Assembly: GCF_006345805.1 (NCBI RefSeq)
Contig: NC_042997.1
Span: 122,388,001-122,452,000, forward strand
From: Octopus sinensis
Taxonomy: Eukaryota
Direction: 5' to 3'
Length of the DNA: 64,000 nt
A program made the translations under genes and the position numbers. Below the pieces are notes generated by a model. The model was not told the origin of the DNA and ran no database searches. It saw nothing but the letters and a program-made list of their open reading frames with translations. This document shows positions 1 to 13,800 of this stretch, piece after piece (the stretch's first letter is position 1; every line of letters begins with the position of its first letter).

Positions 1-2342
1 TATGTGTGATACGTACACATAATTAGGTCTCCATTTTCCTTGTTGCGATTTACTAGTATACATCTCGGCTATGTGAACAGCTGCTGTAGCAAAACCTAAA
101 AATCAAATTTTCAATTTTTTTTCTTAATTTACCTGTTGCCCAACAGAAATTTCCCAGTGAAATCTTTGTCAGTTGAACAAAACGCCAAATTAGATAGGTG
201 AACGCTGGCACACCTTCTATCCCGCCTTTCTCCACACTACTGCAATTTATGGCTTCAGATCACTCTGCTGTTTTTCACTTATTACAGGCGAACGTTAATG
301 AGGCATAACAGAGTGCTTTCCTATTCCACTTGTTTCGTAGGAAAATGACCTCCCGCTTTGCGAATTCCAGATTAACGAACGATAATTAGGAAATCACAAA
401 TGAAGTAACATACCGAGGACTCCATTTACGTATATGTTTTATACAGACACACATACAAATGTGGGCAACTGTTTTGGTGTACGTATGTGTATTTGAGTGT
501 CTATGCATGTGCGCCGTACTTATGTCTATCCGCCTATCTATTCTGATACATAGTACACTGAATAATTAAAATTATCTGAGGGGAAAATGAACACCACTGT
601 TCATTTGACATGTATCATGTTATAAATATATTCTCTGTCTCTTTTGGTTAAGTAGGTTTTGTAAGTTTATTTCCTCTCAGGAATCTCTCAAAGAGGATTT
701 TCCATCACATTCAGAAAGTAATAAGGAAAACAACCAGCAGGAAAAAAATGTTACAATAATGTTATTCTCACATTATGTACGGCCGCATGCATACATTAAA
801 GTACAGAGTATATACTGGAGCTTGCTAGTTGTAGGATAATATAAAAACAAACACATTATTTGAAGTTATCTGCATGAGAATATGACATGAAATAATCGTA
901 TCTAAACTGTCTGACAGTCAATTTCAAACACACATCGTTCTTCAGAACCGTTCTCATATATAACTAAAGTATATTGTTCACATGACACCATTTGTAGATT
1001 GCACTTGTTTTCTGACTCATTTTACTTGTTGCAGTTGTTATGCCAAATGCTTAATGAATCTTGAGAATATACTGTACAATATAGTCATTTCCTTTTAGAG
1101 CGCATAGTTACTGAAACTACCCCTCATATCAAGGAACATTTACAACTTATATTTTCTAGCTACGAACGAACGACGTTATTCAGTCTCTATCATTATTACC
1201 CATCAGTCTCTTTAATACGTGTACACACCACAATTGTATGCTAAGTGCTATGAATTTTCTACAGCACTTTACTGTATATCAATTGATAACACATTCTAAA
1301 ACATCAGATACAATTGAGGGAATTACATACTTATTGCAATATATTAATACCAATCTTATCTCAGACTAATATCCTAACAAAAATAGAAATATTAACACAC
1401 ATGGGTAGTTGTTTAGTATGAAGAAATTGGCAATACGTACAGCTGCATTAAAATTCGAAAACGTACATAATATTCCTCACACGATACGAAATACTAATAG
1501 CATCCATTGCAAACCTACAGAAGATGGCTAGATTAAACAGAATAAACTTCTGTCACAGGAGACAATGTTTTCGTATTTTAATGGGTAAAAAGAGAAGTAG
1601 TAAATTTACATCTTCGTGAGTGCATTAACTTCATAAGTGAAGAATATTCATGTAGGAATTGAAATTGTTTATGAATACTGCTGAGTACCATTCACCATAC
1701 GCACGGAATAATACATTGACAGAAAATTGATTTTTATTTAAGTAGAAAGAAAAACCGTTCGTCATACATAGCCTTCTTCAGCTGTTAGAAGCCGTGAATA
1801 CACACACACACACACACACACACAAAAACTTGTAAAATATAGGTAAATCAAAAGTCGGTTGAAAATATAAGTTTGTTAGTGAAATTCTATTTTCACTTCA
1901 ACAGGGAATTAAAAAAGATGTTTTTCGGGCCTTATCTTAAACATACAATAAACGCTGCACTATACGAAAAATAATAAAAAAAAGAGATACTTAAGTTCGT
2001 TTTCTAACAGTACACACTTTCTTATAAATGAGAATACAAATAAACAAACCGAACAAATTATATATTAACGTCAATGCTAGTTTTTTCCTTCCAACTTTAT
2101 TTTTTCTAACTACATATAACGATTACTATTTGCTCGTTAGTTTCAAAATAGAATTGTAAATGATAAATAGAACACACTTCAAGGATTATTAGCAATTATA
2201 TCATAGAAAATTTCCTCAATGAAATGCTGTTTCATTTTTCCACAAACTAACGATACCTCTAGGCTTGATCACATTGGAGTAAACAAAACCGTATGCAAAT
2301 GTAAATAAGACATCCATTCAAAATATAATAAATAGAGGAATG

Positions 2343-2724
2343 GAGGAGTGGCTGTGTGGTAAGTAGCTTGTTTACCAACCACATAGTTCCGGGTTCAGTC
2401 CCACAACGTGGCACCTTAGGCAAGTGTCTTCTACTATAGCCCCGGGCCGTCCAAAGGCTTGTGAGGGAAACTGAAAGAAGCCCGTCTTATATATGCATAT
2501 ATATGAATGTATCTGTGTGTATCTGTTTGTCCTCCCAACATCGCTAGACAGCTGATGCTGGCGTGTTTACATCTCGGTAACATAGCAGTTCGGCAAAAGA
2601 GGCCGATAGAATAAGTACTAGGCTTACAAAGAATAAGTCACGGGTTCGATTTGCTCGACTAAAGGCGGTACTCCAGCATGGCTGCAGTCAAATGGCTGAA
2701 ACAAGTAAAAGAGTAAAGAGAGTA
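2343..2724 (+). mobile_element. SINE family A (tRNA-derived head, internal microsatellite, stem-loop tail), full length
   Basis: Head ggagtggctgtgtggtaag...gttccgggttcagtccc (A/B-box-like); tail ...catggctgcagtcaaatggctgaaacaagtaaaagagta. Aligns by eye to 8 other copies in the window. Confidence 0.9.
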
Positions 2725-4490
2725 AGATATTAATGATAATTCAAATCATTGAATCTGTCCCCTATGCAATTCATGCTCTTTTTAATATTAGCTATCACCA
2801 ATTTGGAAAATTGGCGGAAACTTCAGCAAGACGAGCAAAATGCTTTCTGGCTAATTGTGTGTCTAAGTTCCACTTAGGCCGAATTTGCCTCCATCCTTGC
2901 AAGTAATTGGGAGATGATTGCACTGCGTCAGATTTTGAAACTAATATTAATTAACATTGTTGATATGTAGATAATGGTGGATAGCTCACAGGATCGCTAG
3001 AGAGTGGGAAGAAAATTAGTTGCGACATCTTTTATGCTTGTTTGCGTACATATTTCAAACTCTGCCTTTTCTCCTTTTTGTGCTCTACAAATACAGCACC
3101 AGTCACGTAATACGGTCGATAGTAATCACTGACCCCCTTGTCTGAATTGTTGGCATTTTTCCTAAACTAGATGTCATTAAATGCGGGACAACTGAAACAA
3201 GATGAGAATCGAAATGAAAATTATAAATTAGTGAGAAGAAAATATTATTTCTAATGAAGATAAATAGATATTGTCACAGTTCATAAATGATAAAAATGAA
3301 GAATGATGAGCCAACAAAGGTAAAGAAAAACAAAAGGATGTGTTATTTCGCACCGAATCTTAATAAACGAAGCTAATTCAGCCGAAGAAAAAAGAATGAA
3401 ATATGAAGAGAAAACAAATAGTATCTATATTAAAATATTGAAAACAAAGTAGCAAACAATAATATATGTAAAATCGAAAATATATACGACTTCTGAATAT
3501 TGCAATAACAAAGAATATTGAAAAAAACTTACAATGGATTATATGAAAAAGATATTGGTGGAAATGCAAGAAATAGATGTTATTTATCTTATTAAATTTC
3601 TCATAGCATAGAAATAGAGAAATACCCATAGCGTATTGCAATTATCTGTTAACGTTTCCTAGTTTTATTTTAATATTTTTTATATTGCTTGTTTTATACT
3701 TTTCCCTCTATAGCGGCACTTCTTTTCAGAGCTTGTGTTTCATTCAGGCATATTTGTATGTAGTATATTACATAAGCGTATTATCAAAAAAAAAATTATC
3801 AAACATGCACTTATATATATTCTGCACTCATTAACTGGCTCTCAAAAGCCAATAGACAAGTGCACGATTCATTATTTCTGAATGGTAATGAGATTTTATA
3901 ATTATCACCTGTTTTACCTACGCATTACGACATTACATTTAATTTCAAAGATATAAGATACTACAATAAAAAATTACTAGTTTACTACCCTTATATTTTG
4001 TATGTTTATTATGAAACAAGAAAAACTGAAATTCTCTGACAAATGCATATATCTACATACGCCGAACTATTGAGAAATCTGCAGTTACTCTATCCAGATT
4101 AAAAGTTCATGTTTAAACCTGTAATATTGGGGCCCTGGGATATGTAACACACTGCCTAAAGACCAACCTTGAGAAATTAGTCTTATCAGAACCAGAAAGT
4201 AGAGAGAAAATTTCGAAGACTTCAGATCCAAATCATCAATAGAACTGTAAAAATCTGTAAAACTTTCCAGAATTTTATAATTTAAATATATATAAGCATG
4301 TCTAGATATTCACCTATATGCATGGGAATACATATATAAAGCAAAATATAAATGTGCACATAAACATAGAAACAAACAAAAATACACTGTTGAAATACAT
4401 GTTGAAATTCCAATAAAGAAGCCTTGGATCTAGATTAGAAACCGGCTCTTTCTGTATTGGCAAGACATCTTAAAATAAAACTGAACAGTG

Positions 4491-4500
4491 ATATACATAT

Positions 4501-4572
<72 letters not shown>
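4491..4572. repeat. Compound (TACA)n(CA)n(TA)n microsatellite
   Basis: Direct reading. Confidence 0.95.
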
Positions 4573-4644
4573 TATATAAAAGGGCTTAGTAAAATAAATT
4601 ACTTTTGGCAAAGTAATTTATTTTACTAAGCCCTTTTATATAAT
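4571..4644. repeat. Perfect 35-bp inverted repeat, 4-nt loop, abutting (TA)n
   Basis: attatataaaagggcttagtaaaataaattacttt-tggc-aaagtaatttattttactaagcccttttatataat. Confidence 0.97.
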
Positions 4645-4737
4645 GTAATAATTTGAATTCGCCTTAAATGGTCCCTTTACATACTGAATACTTGGTGAAA
4701 TTGATTAATAATTAATTAATTTTACCCTCAATTGTTG

Positions 4738-4740
<3 letters not shown>

Positions 4741-4822
<82 letters not shown>
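4741..4822. repeat. (TA)n(TG)n microsatellite
   Basis: Direct reading. Confidence 0.95.
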
Positions 4823-4824
<2 letters not shown>

Positions 4825-4825
<1 letters not shown>

Positions 4826-5520
4826 AGAGAGATATGAAAACAAAGAAAACATCAAAGAAATAGACAACAGAAGAGGAGCAATATTTCATTTATTATAAGT
4901 CGAGTTTACCACTTAAAAAAGAGAAAGTGTTTCGCACACACATCCAAGATCAGAAGACAAATATAGGAGAAAAAATTTGCCGAAGTTTGTCACAGAAGCA
5001 GTAGCAGGAAGAAGAAAAAAATTAGGGGGCCAGGTGGGTATGCTGTTCTAAAGGAGGAGTTAATGCAGGTGTGGTGGAGGATGTTCACGTACTGGAGTGC
5101 ATTGGTATATTGAAATGGGCATATCGAGTGAGGAGTGGTTTATGTATATGATTTTTGAGTATGCTTGTAGAATTGTGTCAAGTGTGGAAGATTCGATTAC
5201 GTGGGAAGTTGGGTCATGGATTATGAGTAATATTGTGCCTATTTGAAAGTAATTTCAAAATTAATCTCGTTGGTGGTGTGATAGAGATTTACATTAATGC
5301 AAAGAGTGGAAAAATTTTGTTCTGGTCTTGAATGTGACATGTATACAGTTTGGAATTTTAAATATTGGTCGTATCTATAAGTGCTTCACCAAGCTCTTCT
5401 GTTTTATATTCAAAGCAAATCGAGGAGCAAGTTTGATATACGTACACTAAGCGTACATTTAGGTCTGAAAAATATTTTTGTTAGTAGTTTGTAATCAACT
5501 GGGGAGTTTCCATCATATTT
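4825..5520 (-). mobile_element. Possible Penelope-like element 3' remnant (GIY-YIG-like ORF end plus pLTR-like tail)
   Basis: Broken minus-strand peptides VYQTCSS, LGEA, H..NEINFE and HVIESS fall in GIY-YIG order, followed by a pyrimidine-rich tail containing ctgat...gcgaaac. Very degenerate. Confidence 0.4.
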
Positions 5521-6360
5521 GTTCCACATAATACCTTTATGTTGTCAATAATTCAGGTAATATTTTTGGCTATCAGCAAAGAATTTAAGGTCATACATTA
5601 TACCAACCCCCCACCAATACTTATACTAATTAAATTTCACAAAGGTTGTTTGTGCTAATCACTTTATCGTGTTAGCTGCGTAGGAACAAAGTATTGTATC
5701 ATAAAAGGAAAACAATGAAATGGCGTGTAGATTTCTTTATTACTCGATTTATAAGCCTCTGGCAGCTAATAAAGTTCCTGAAGGTGACCAACGAACACAC
5801 CATACATGATATTTTAATATTCATTCAAACAAATTATCCAAAGATTATCAAACAACGTCAAGTATTTTAATATAGTAATTCTTTATAGTTATATAGATTT
5901 GTGCATTGTAACATAGTCATCTTCCGTCCGATGCTAATGTCTTTGTAATTCAAAATTTCAGATAATAGCAGGCAATAAGCAAGTATGGTAATTTGAAGAT
6001 ATAAATTCAGTGGCTGTATTTGCTGATTGTATTATTTGTTCAAAAGAGTTTTTCTCATATTAAAGCTACGACTAATACAACGCTTGAAATATTTCCAAAT
6101 ATATTTATCGTATGTACGTGTGTAGTGAGCGTTGAATATTTGATTTCTTTAACAATAATTATCTTTTTATTTATACGTTAGCATATGGTTCAGTGATGAA
6201 ATGAAATGATACAATAACACGTCTCCGTGACTTATAAAGACAGTGCTCATAGAGGTGAGCATATCTCCAATTCCAAATGAAGACTATTTAAAGCTTGGTA
6301 ACTCTCCTCTGCCTCCTCCAGAAGAATTGCTTGTAACACTAATAATTTTTTGTTTTCATA

Positions 6361-6569
6361 TACTCTCTTACTTGTTTCAGTCATTTGACTGTGGCCATGA
6401 TAGAGCACCGCCTTTAGTCGAGCAAATCGATCCCAGGACTTATTCTTTGTAGACCTAGTACTTATTCTATCGGTCTCTTTTGCCGAGCCGCTAAGTTACG
6501 GGAACGTAAACACACCAGCATCGGTTGTCAATCGATGTTGGGCGGTTGGACAAACACACACACATTATA

Positions 6570-6637
<68 letters not shown>

Positions 6638-6802
6638 CACGACGGGTTTCTTTCAGTTTCCGTCTACCAAATCCACTCACAAGTCTTTGGTCAGCCCGAT
6701 GCTATAGTAGAAGACACTTGCCGAAGGTGCCACGCAGTGGGACTGAACTCGGAACCGTGTGGTTGGTAAACAAGCTACTTACCACACAGCCACTCCTACG
6801 CC
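6361..6802 (-). mobile_element. SINE family A, full length, long internal (TA)n
   Basis: Reverse complement of family A from tail (tactctcttacttgtttcagtc) to head (cacacagccactcctacgcc). Confidence 0.92.
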
Positions 6803-8644
6803 TCCTACGCTTTATCATATGTTGATAATATCATTTAAAATTAATCAAGTATCACTAGCAGACAGTATCCAGCATATTTCCTTTATAAAACGTAGCAAAC
6901 TACTTAAATTAAAAATTGCGTGGTTCTATTAAAGCTTATTTTTTTCTCCTGCTTCATCAGCCATAACTAAACCAGAAGGAAACTTCTATTGCACTAGATT
7001 TAGTCTTTTACAGATATTGTAGGACACACAACTATAACTGAATACGTACAATAAACCAGCAACGCAATTGTGTATACATATATTGTTTTGAACTAGAGAA
7101 AGCTCCTCTAACGTATACTGATATTAAGATTGTCATGAGAAGAATGCTGACGGCAGAATATATGCCAACGAAGCTCTTCAGCTCACAATGAACTTAAGTG
7201 AATCATCGTTATTTATAATTAATAGTACATATTTGCTCTAATTTTGAGTGAACATTGCCATTATTTTATTGCTGTTTGTTTGATTTAGTTATTGAGTATT
7301 TGAAAAATTAGTTGAAAAAAATATAATTTCTGCTAGAGCAGTAGGACAAGTTAATCGTTTGTGCATCAATGCTTGAATGATCCTAAAATTACTTCTGAGA
7401 TTATTTACATTCCAGATAATTCATGCCATATGAAATCTTAAAATGACTTAAGTTTATACAAATGCATTTATATTAACTGAATATAGTTGAATCAGCTTTA
7501 TCATAACGGTAACATTCATATATTATAATTCGTTAAAATAACAAAACAATGTAGTAATCATAATAATATCAAATCAAATTTGCAAGAAATGTAGTGAGAA
7601 TCCTGAAAAATGATGTAAATTAAAGCTAATTCATAATTCCTAATAACGTATTATTATGTCTTATTTACAGCAAACTACTTCAATTTAATCCTTTCGGGAT
7701 ATTCTAAATTTTATCTACAATTTTATATCGATAAATAATTGAACGTGAAATGAAGTTCATAAATCAAAATAATTTCCTTAATAAACTCCCCAACCTTACG
7801 CCATTATTAGGAAAGAATCTTGGCGTTGTTGCCATTAAGATATCGAAGAGTTCAGGAATTGACATATATGCATTAATTTTAAATTACAAGTATCTTTGAA
7901 CACTCTCCCTATATCCTTCTCTTCCCCATCTCTTTCACTTTATATACATATATATATATATATATATGGGAGATTATATCGAAGAGATACTGTGAAAGAA
8001 AAGGCATGCAAATTGAAAGTGCATTCACAAACTGTTGTAAATTGGCGGTAATTTCACAGTTGCGCATATAGAAAAGTTGATCACCTGAAATTATCAGCGT
8101 TAACGATTTAGTTAGAGACAGAGATAAATCAAGCCAAAACTATTAAGACAATCCCTCAAAAACTAAGGAAGCGTGCATTAGATAGAATTTTAAAAGAATA
8201 GAACTTTTCAAAATGGTATTTTCGATCGACTTACCACAGTGAATGAGACAAGAAAGAAAAAGAAAATGTTAATTGATAATGAACAGAAAAGTACTCAAAT
8301 TTAACAGCGATTTGGAAGGATGAAGAGATGAAAATGTAAATAATATGGGCTTGACTTAAAAATGCATTTGATTGTAAGTGACTGAATGTTTGAGTATTAA
8401 ATGAATCATTATCAATTGCTATGCACTGGCATTTGTAATGTTCTGCATGGAGAAACATGATATTATCTACTTTGAAATCAAAAGGAAACAAATCCGACTC
8501 TAAAATATATATTCATTGAAAGATGTAAAGTGTCACATTACATATTACTCTTTAGAATCAGGTAAAAAATATAATTCATAATATTCTGACACTGGAATCT
8601 GCTTTTTTTATATGAGACAAAATCACATTTGTTGTACACATATA

Positions 8645-8835
8645 TACTTTTACCGTTTTAATTGTTTCAGTCAGTTGTCTGCGGCCATGCTGGAGCACTG
8701 CCTTCTTTGTAAGTCTAGTACTTATTCTATCGGTATATTTTGCCAAACCGCTAATCTACAGGGACGTGAACACACTAGCATCAGTTGTCAAGTGATGTTC
8801 GGTGGGGGGACAAACACAGACATAAAAACATTTAT

Positions 8836-8868
<33 letters not shown>

Positions 8869-9039
8869 CATATATACGACGGGCTTCTTTCAGTTTCCGT
8901 CTACCAAATTCAATCACAAGCCTTTGGTCGGCCCGAGGCCATAGTAGAAGACACTTGCCCAAGGCGCCAAGCAGTGGGTCAGAACCCAGAACCATGTGGG
9001 TGGTAAGCAAGCTACTTATCACACAGCCACTCCTGCGCC
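8645..9039 (-). mobile_element. SINE family A with a short internal deletion in the tail region
   Basis: Matches family A. Lacks tagtcgagcaaatcga...ttat, which is present in the 6361 copy. Confidence 0.9.
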
Positions 9040-9149
9040 ATGACACGGCGAGTGGGGAACGACGTGTTTTTCTTGACAAGGACAGTGATCGTTCTCGAAA
9101 CAATAAAAATACTGGCTCTTGAGTGCTAAAAAGAATGTTAATTGGTGTT

Positions 9150-9500
9150 ATTTCATTAGTTTTCCAAAAAGAATTAAAGTACACATGACCCTAGCGATTT
9201 AGATCTTTTTGCATGGGTGTGAGAGCTGGATTCTGATATTAAATATTGAGCCAAGAACACATGCATTTAACCACAAGTGTTTCAGAAGGCTACTACACAT
9301 CCGTTACACACAACAGAAAACGAACAGCTTTGGCAGGCAGCAAGTCAACAAGTACGCTGGTGAACAGGAACACCTCCTTGTACAAGTAAAAAGAAATGCT
9401 TGCTTGGAACGGTCAAGTGTCTCGTCACAACTCGCCGTCCCAAACCATTCTGAAGGGCAAATATTTAGGAGGGCGGAAGAGAGGCAGAAAAAATCCTGTA
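9150..9500 (+). mobile_element. Decayed RTE-clade LINE ORF fragment (region C-terminal to RT), frameshifted
   Basis: ORF-track peptides HGCESWIL...AFNHKCFRRLLHIRY...KTN...GEQEHLL..VKR and LAWNGQVSRHNSPSQTILKG...GGRKRGR follow the RTE pattern YGCESW...KCLRR.L...W.GHV.R...KTILQG...G.R.RGR. Confidence 0.8.
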
Positions 9501-9595
9501 CTGTGCAAGTTTAATGAACAACTTTGCGATGTGAATTCGTGGTTTTGGTTTCTAACCCACTGTGAAGCACGTTTGGAATGTAATTTTACTGTATG

Positions 9596-10094
9596 GGCGT
9601 AGGAGTGGTTGTGTGGTTAGTAGCTTGCTTACCAACCACATGGTTCCGGGTTCAGTCCCACTGCGTGGCACCTTGGGCAGGTGTCTTTTATAGCCGCAGG
9701 CAGAGCAAAGTCTTGTGAGTGGATTTGGTAGACGGAAACTGAAAGAAGCCGTCGTATATATGTGTGTATGTATGTATTTATATATATATATATATATGTG
9801 TGTATGTGTGTATGTGTTTGTCTGTGTTCGCCCCCCCCCACAAAGCACGTCTTATATATGTATATATATATGTGTGTGTGTTATGTGTTTTTGTGTCTGT
9901 GTTTGTCCACTCCACAACATCGCTTGACAACCGATGCTGGTGTGTTTATGTCCCAGTAACTTAGAGGTTCGGCAAAAGAGACCGATATAAGTACTAGGCT
10001 TACAAAGAAGAAGTCATAAGGTCGATATGCTTGACTAAAGGCGGTGCTCCAGCATGGCCACAATCAAATGACTGAAACAAGTAAAAGAGTAAAA
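9596..10094 (+). mobile_element. SINE family A, full length, with partly duplicated microsatellite core
   Basis: Head ggcgtaggagtggttgtgtgg; tail ggcggtgctccagcatggccacaatcaaatgactgaaacaagtaaaagagta. Confidence 0.92.
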
Positions 10095-13000
10095 GTGTAT
10101 ATCCTTGTGTAGAAAATTTGGCATGAGGAAAATATGTTGAGACAGCTCGTAGGAATGAGCTTTGCTGCTATTGGAGTTAGATGTGTTCTATTGACTAATT
10201 TAGATATTTTATCTGGCAAAGAGTAGCGTTCAGAAAAGTCTACTACTTTGAGAACATTCGAGTGTAGTCTCTGAACAATCTCATCCGTCATTGAAACAAT
10301 CATGTATATTACCATCTCTCCTCTCAATAAAAAATAAAATCACGTTGTACGAAGTAATTGATTCACTCTCCCAGTATGTCGCTCACTCTCTCTTATATGT
10401 ATAAATGAGTGGAGAGAGAGAATGAGAGAACGGGAAAGAGAATGAGAGAGAAAAAGAATGAGAAAGAAAGCATAAAGTTCCATGCATATTTTTCTCTATC
10501 GATCGAATATATTACTAACACAAATACATTCTACTTCTCTCTTTCTCAATGTTTCTCTTTTAGAAAATGTATTGAAAGATAGTTGATTTGAGAGGTAGAG
10601 ATGCATTTATACTAATAGAGTAGCATTAATATGCGAAACAGTAATTACAATTAAAAGTCAGGATATATGTGCTGAACATGACCAAAGGCCGATGATTATA
10701 TGTTGTTCTATTCACTAGAATTCACCTGATGTTTCATGCTCTAGGGTATATTAGGATTTGGACAGAAATTGGATCGTTTCAGGCAAGAGAAATAAAAATA
10801 AATCAAGCCAGGATATTGTACTCTTGGGAAATAGTTGGAAGGCAACAGACAAACAACTTGTATCCATAAGGGAGATTTCATTGAAGACATTCGCTTTAGC
10901 TGTCACTTATTTGATAAATGTCTTCTAGGCTATATTTTTCCTATTCCTAAGATATATTTGGAATGCACTGCAGTTGTCTGCTTTATGTTGCAGTAATTTA
11001 TAACATAAGAATAAATAAATAAAATAATAATGTTACTCCTGACACAATGTTATTTACAATAACAAGAACAAAGTAAAATGGTAATGATTATAAATATTAT
11101 TATTAGTGTTGTTGTTATTATTATTAATGATCACATTATGATTGATGTTGGCGTTTCTTGTCTTGTTTGTTCCATTTTTGCAGTTGTACTTATTAATCTT
11201 TTCTCGTTGTAGTTCTTGTTCAACTAACTTGTGTATTTTGTTCTTAATTCAAAATAATAATAAAAAAAATTCAGCGATAAGAGAAACAGACAATTTTAAA
11301 CTAAATGTATCATTAATCACACAAGCTATCGCTGGAAAAGTTACAAATGACATGTTTTAACATATTTCAACATACAAAAAGAGAACTGCCAAATCCCAAA
11401 TGTAAAACGATCGACGCAACGTTGATGATAAGATCACAATTGCTATATAAGCAGACTTATTTACTGTGAAGCTAGTGTGTAGGAATATCTGTCTATATTC
11501 TGAAGAAGAAAATTTACTTGCCATCTCAGGACTATCTTTTGATATGTTGGAGAGAATGAGAGAGGGAGAGTGAGAGTAGGCGCGCTTGACAAATGTACAA
11601 CGTCCCCACGCTAGCGTTTGGTTTAACTCACGACACACACACAAAGATATTTTAAGAATAATGTTGCACATCTTTTTGCCAACATAAAACCACTTCCCTT
11701 GATCCTGATTTTCAAGTTGTCAATCTCCGTAAGAACAGGAGATGACGTAATCGCTGTCAGTTTAAATATTCCGGTTGCAAATTGGCTCTGAGAGCTAAGG
11801 GGTCTTCACTACACATGCGCATATACACACATACACGTTAACCATTTAAAGTAAGTGCGCGCGCCCCTACACACAAATATAGCGTTATGATTGCTTTATG
11901 TTGAATTATGATAAAAACAATTTAACTAAAGAAATATTTAACAATTTTCTCTATCGTACATATTCATTATACTTTTACAAGTGAAGAGTCACTGTATAAT
12001 ACCATCACCACTCTTCCTGTAAAAGTAATATGGGAGTTGTTGCTGTTGTTGGAATAATCAAAACGTCCAAAACGCTGCTCTTTTTGATTTACGTCAGAAA
12101 AGAAGGAAATTCATCAAATCTCTCTATATAGATAGGTTTTAAAAATACACCGTAATAACTCAAACTACACATCCAACGATGCAAGAAGTATATATTAGAA
12201 TGAAAAGAGAACTCTTAATAATTTCATTTAATACTCTTTTAATATATTACTACGACATATTTTGTCGACTTTTGCAAGATCGATGCAGTTCCGGACAAGA
12301 CATATTGGAAACAGAGCAGCAAGTACATCCTTGTCTGAGAGCACCGAAGATGATGCGTTGTAAACACATAGCAATTATAGTTTTCATGATACTGTATATT
12401 AATAAGATCGGTTACTATGGTGATACTTCTGGATATCAATACAATGCTGCCATACATATGATGGCTTTTATATAATAATGTAAAGTCAAATTAAAGATTC
12501 ACACATCGTCGTGAGGAAAGATAATATAGTTTAGATTAAGAAAACAAGATATGAATAATGCATATAAACTTAATTCTACAAATTTTCTGTATCAAGAGAC
12601 AAGGAAATAGGACGAAATTAAAATATCTCTTCGAAAATGTAAGTAACACGTGCAAAGACATATTACAAACTGAGTCAAACACGGACAGTCTAAGAGGTTA
12701 CGCAACCTGCTAGAAATAGTAGCCTAATCACCATTAAATCGCAGTTTACCATCGAAAAATTGAAGGAAAAATATAAAAATGTACTCCTTGATAACCCTAG
12801 AGTGATAAGTAGTCTATCCTGGAATAATTTTAATTATAGATCTTAATGTTAAACATTGATTGGAGGTTGTACTATGAAATAGCCCATGATGAAAATTACA
12901 TGATCTCATTATGAGATTCTTCACCATTTTTCATCTATGGACTCCTTTGATAACTATTTTATTTTGGTGAACTCCCATAGCCATTCTCTGTTGAAAGCAA

Positions 13001-13103
13001 GTTTTGCAGAAACGTTTAAAATTTCCTGTTGTTTTTCACACATTATCTTATGTCAATTAAACTATGTAAACTGTTAGAGAAAGAAACCTAGCTGGTTCTT
13101 ACA

Positions 13104-13150
<47 letters not shown>

Positions 13151-13800
13151 CATTACATACACCTAAAGCAAAATATTTTAAGGGTATTAAAAATACCATT
13201 GAGGATTCACAATTTACTATTTTGTGGCGAGGACCCATAAAATTCTTATACGAACCCTGGCTGAGAACCTTTGATTTAAAGCAATGTTGACCATAGTGTT
13301 CAAAATTGCATCTGCATTGTAAATAATGTTTGATGTATAAATAGTTTTATTTAAATTTAAATACATGATTGCGTAGAATAACGGTTCATTACTCTTTCAT
13401 TCGATAACATTTGTAGTTATTTTCAAAAAGCGTGAGTAATCACAGTAACAATAAAAATAAAGAAATTCTAATTAATCATATATATTAGTATATGTTTACT
13501 TCACCATACCTTAATATTCAACAATTCGTCTCGTGGTCAAAATAATAAAGGTGAGCTGTCGTTGATATCCAATAGTTTTCAATATATAATCCTACATTTT
13601 AAAAGGATTCTTAACAGGTGGTAGGGGAAAATTTGTGTTCGAAATGCGTGTTTATCTACTGAAGGTATCATCACCCTCCCAAAATAAAAAAAAAAGTCTT
13701 CTTACAGTTACAAGGTTTAAAGAAATAAAATTTGAAACAGAAAAATCTTTAATTGTTTTGTGTTTTAAAATTCTTATCTGTTTTAAAATTTGCATAAAAC

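Noticed and set aside
53-235. 60-aa minus-strand ORF MEKGGIEG...
   Set aside because: No recognisable homology, non-ATG start in the sequence, and it runs through an A/T-rich intron-like tract.
4408-4462. Possible hammerhead around gaaaccgg
   Set aside because: It folds as a simple imperfect hairpin (ccaata/tattgg, agcc/ggct) and has no CUGANGA core.
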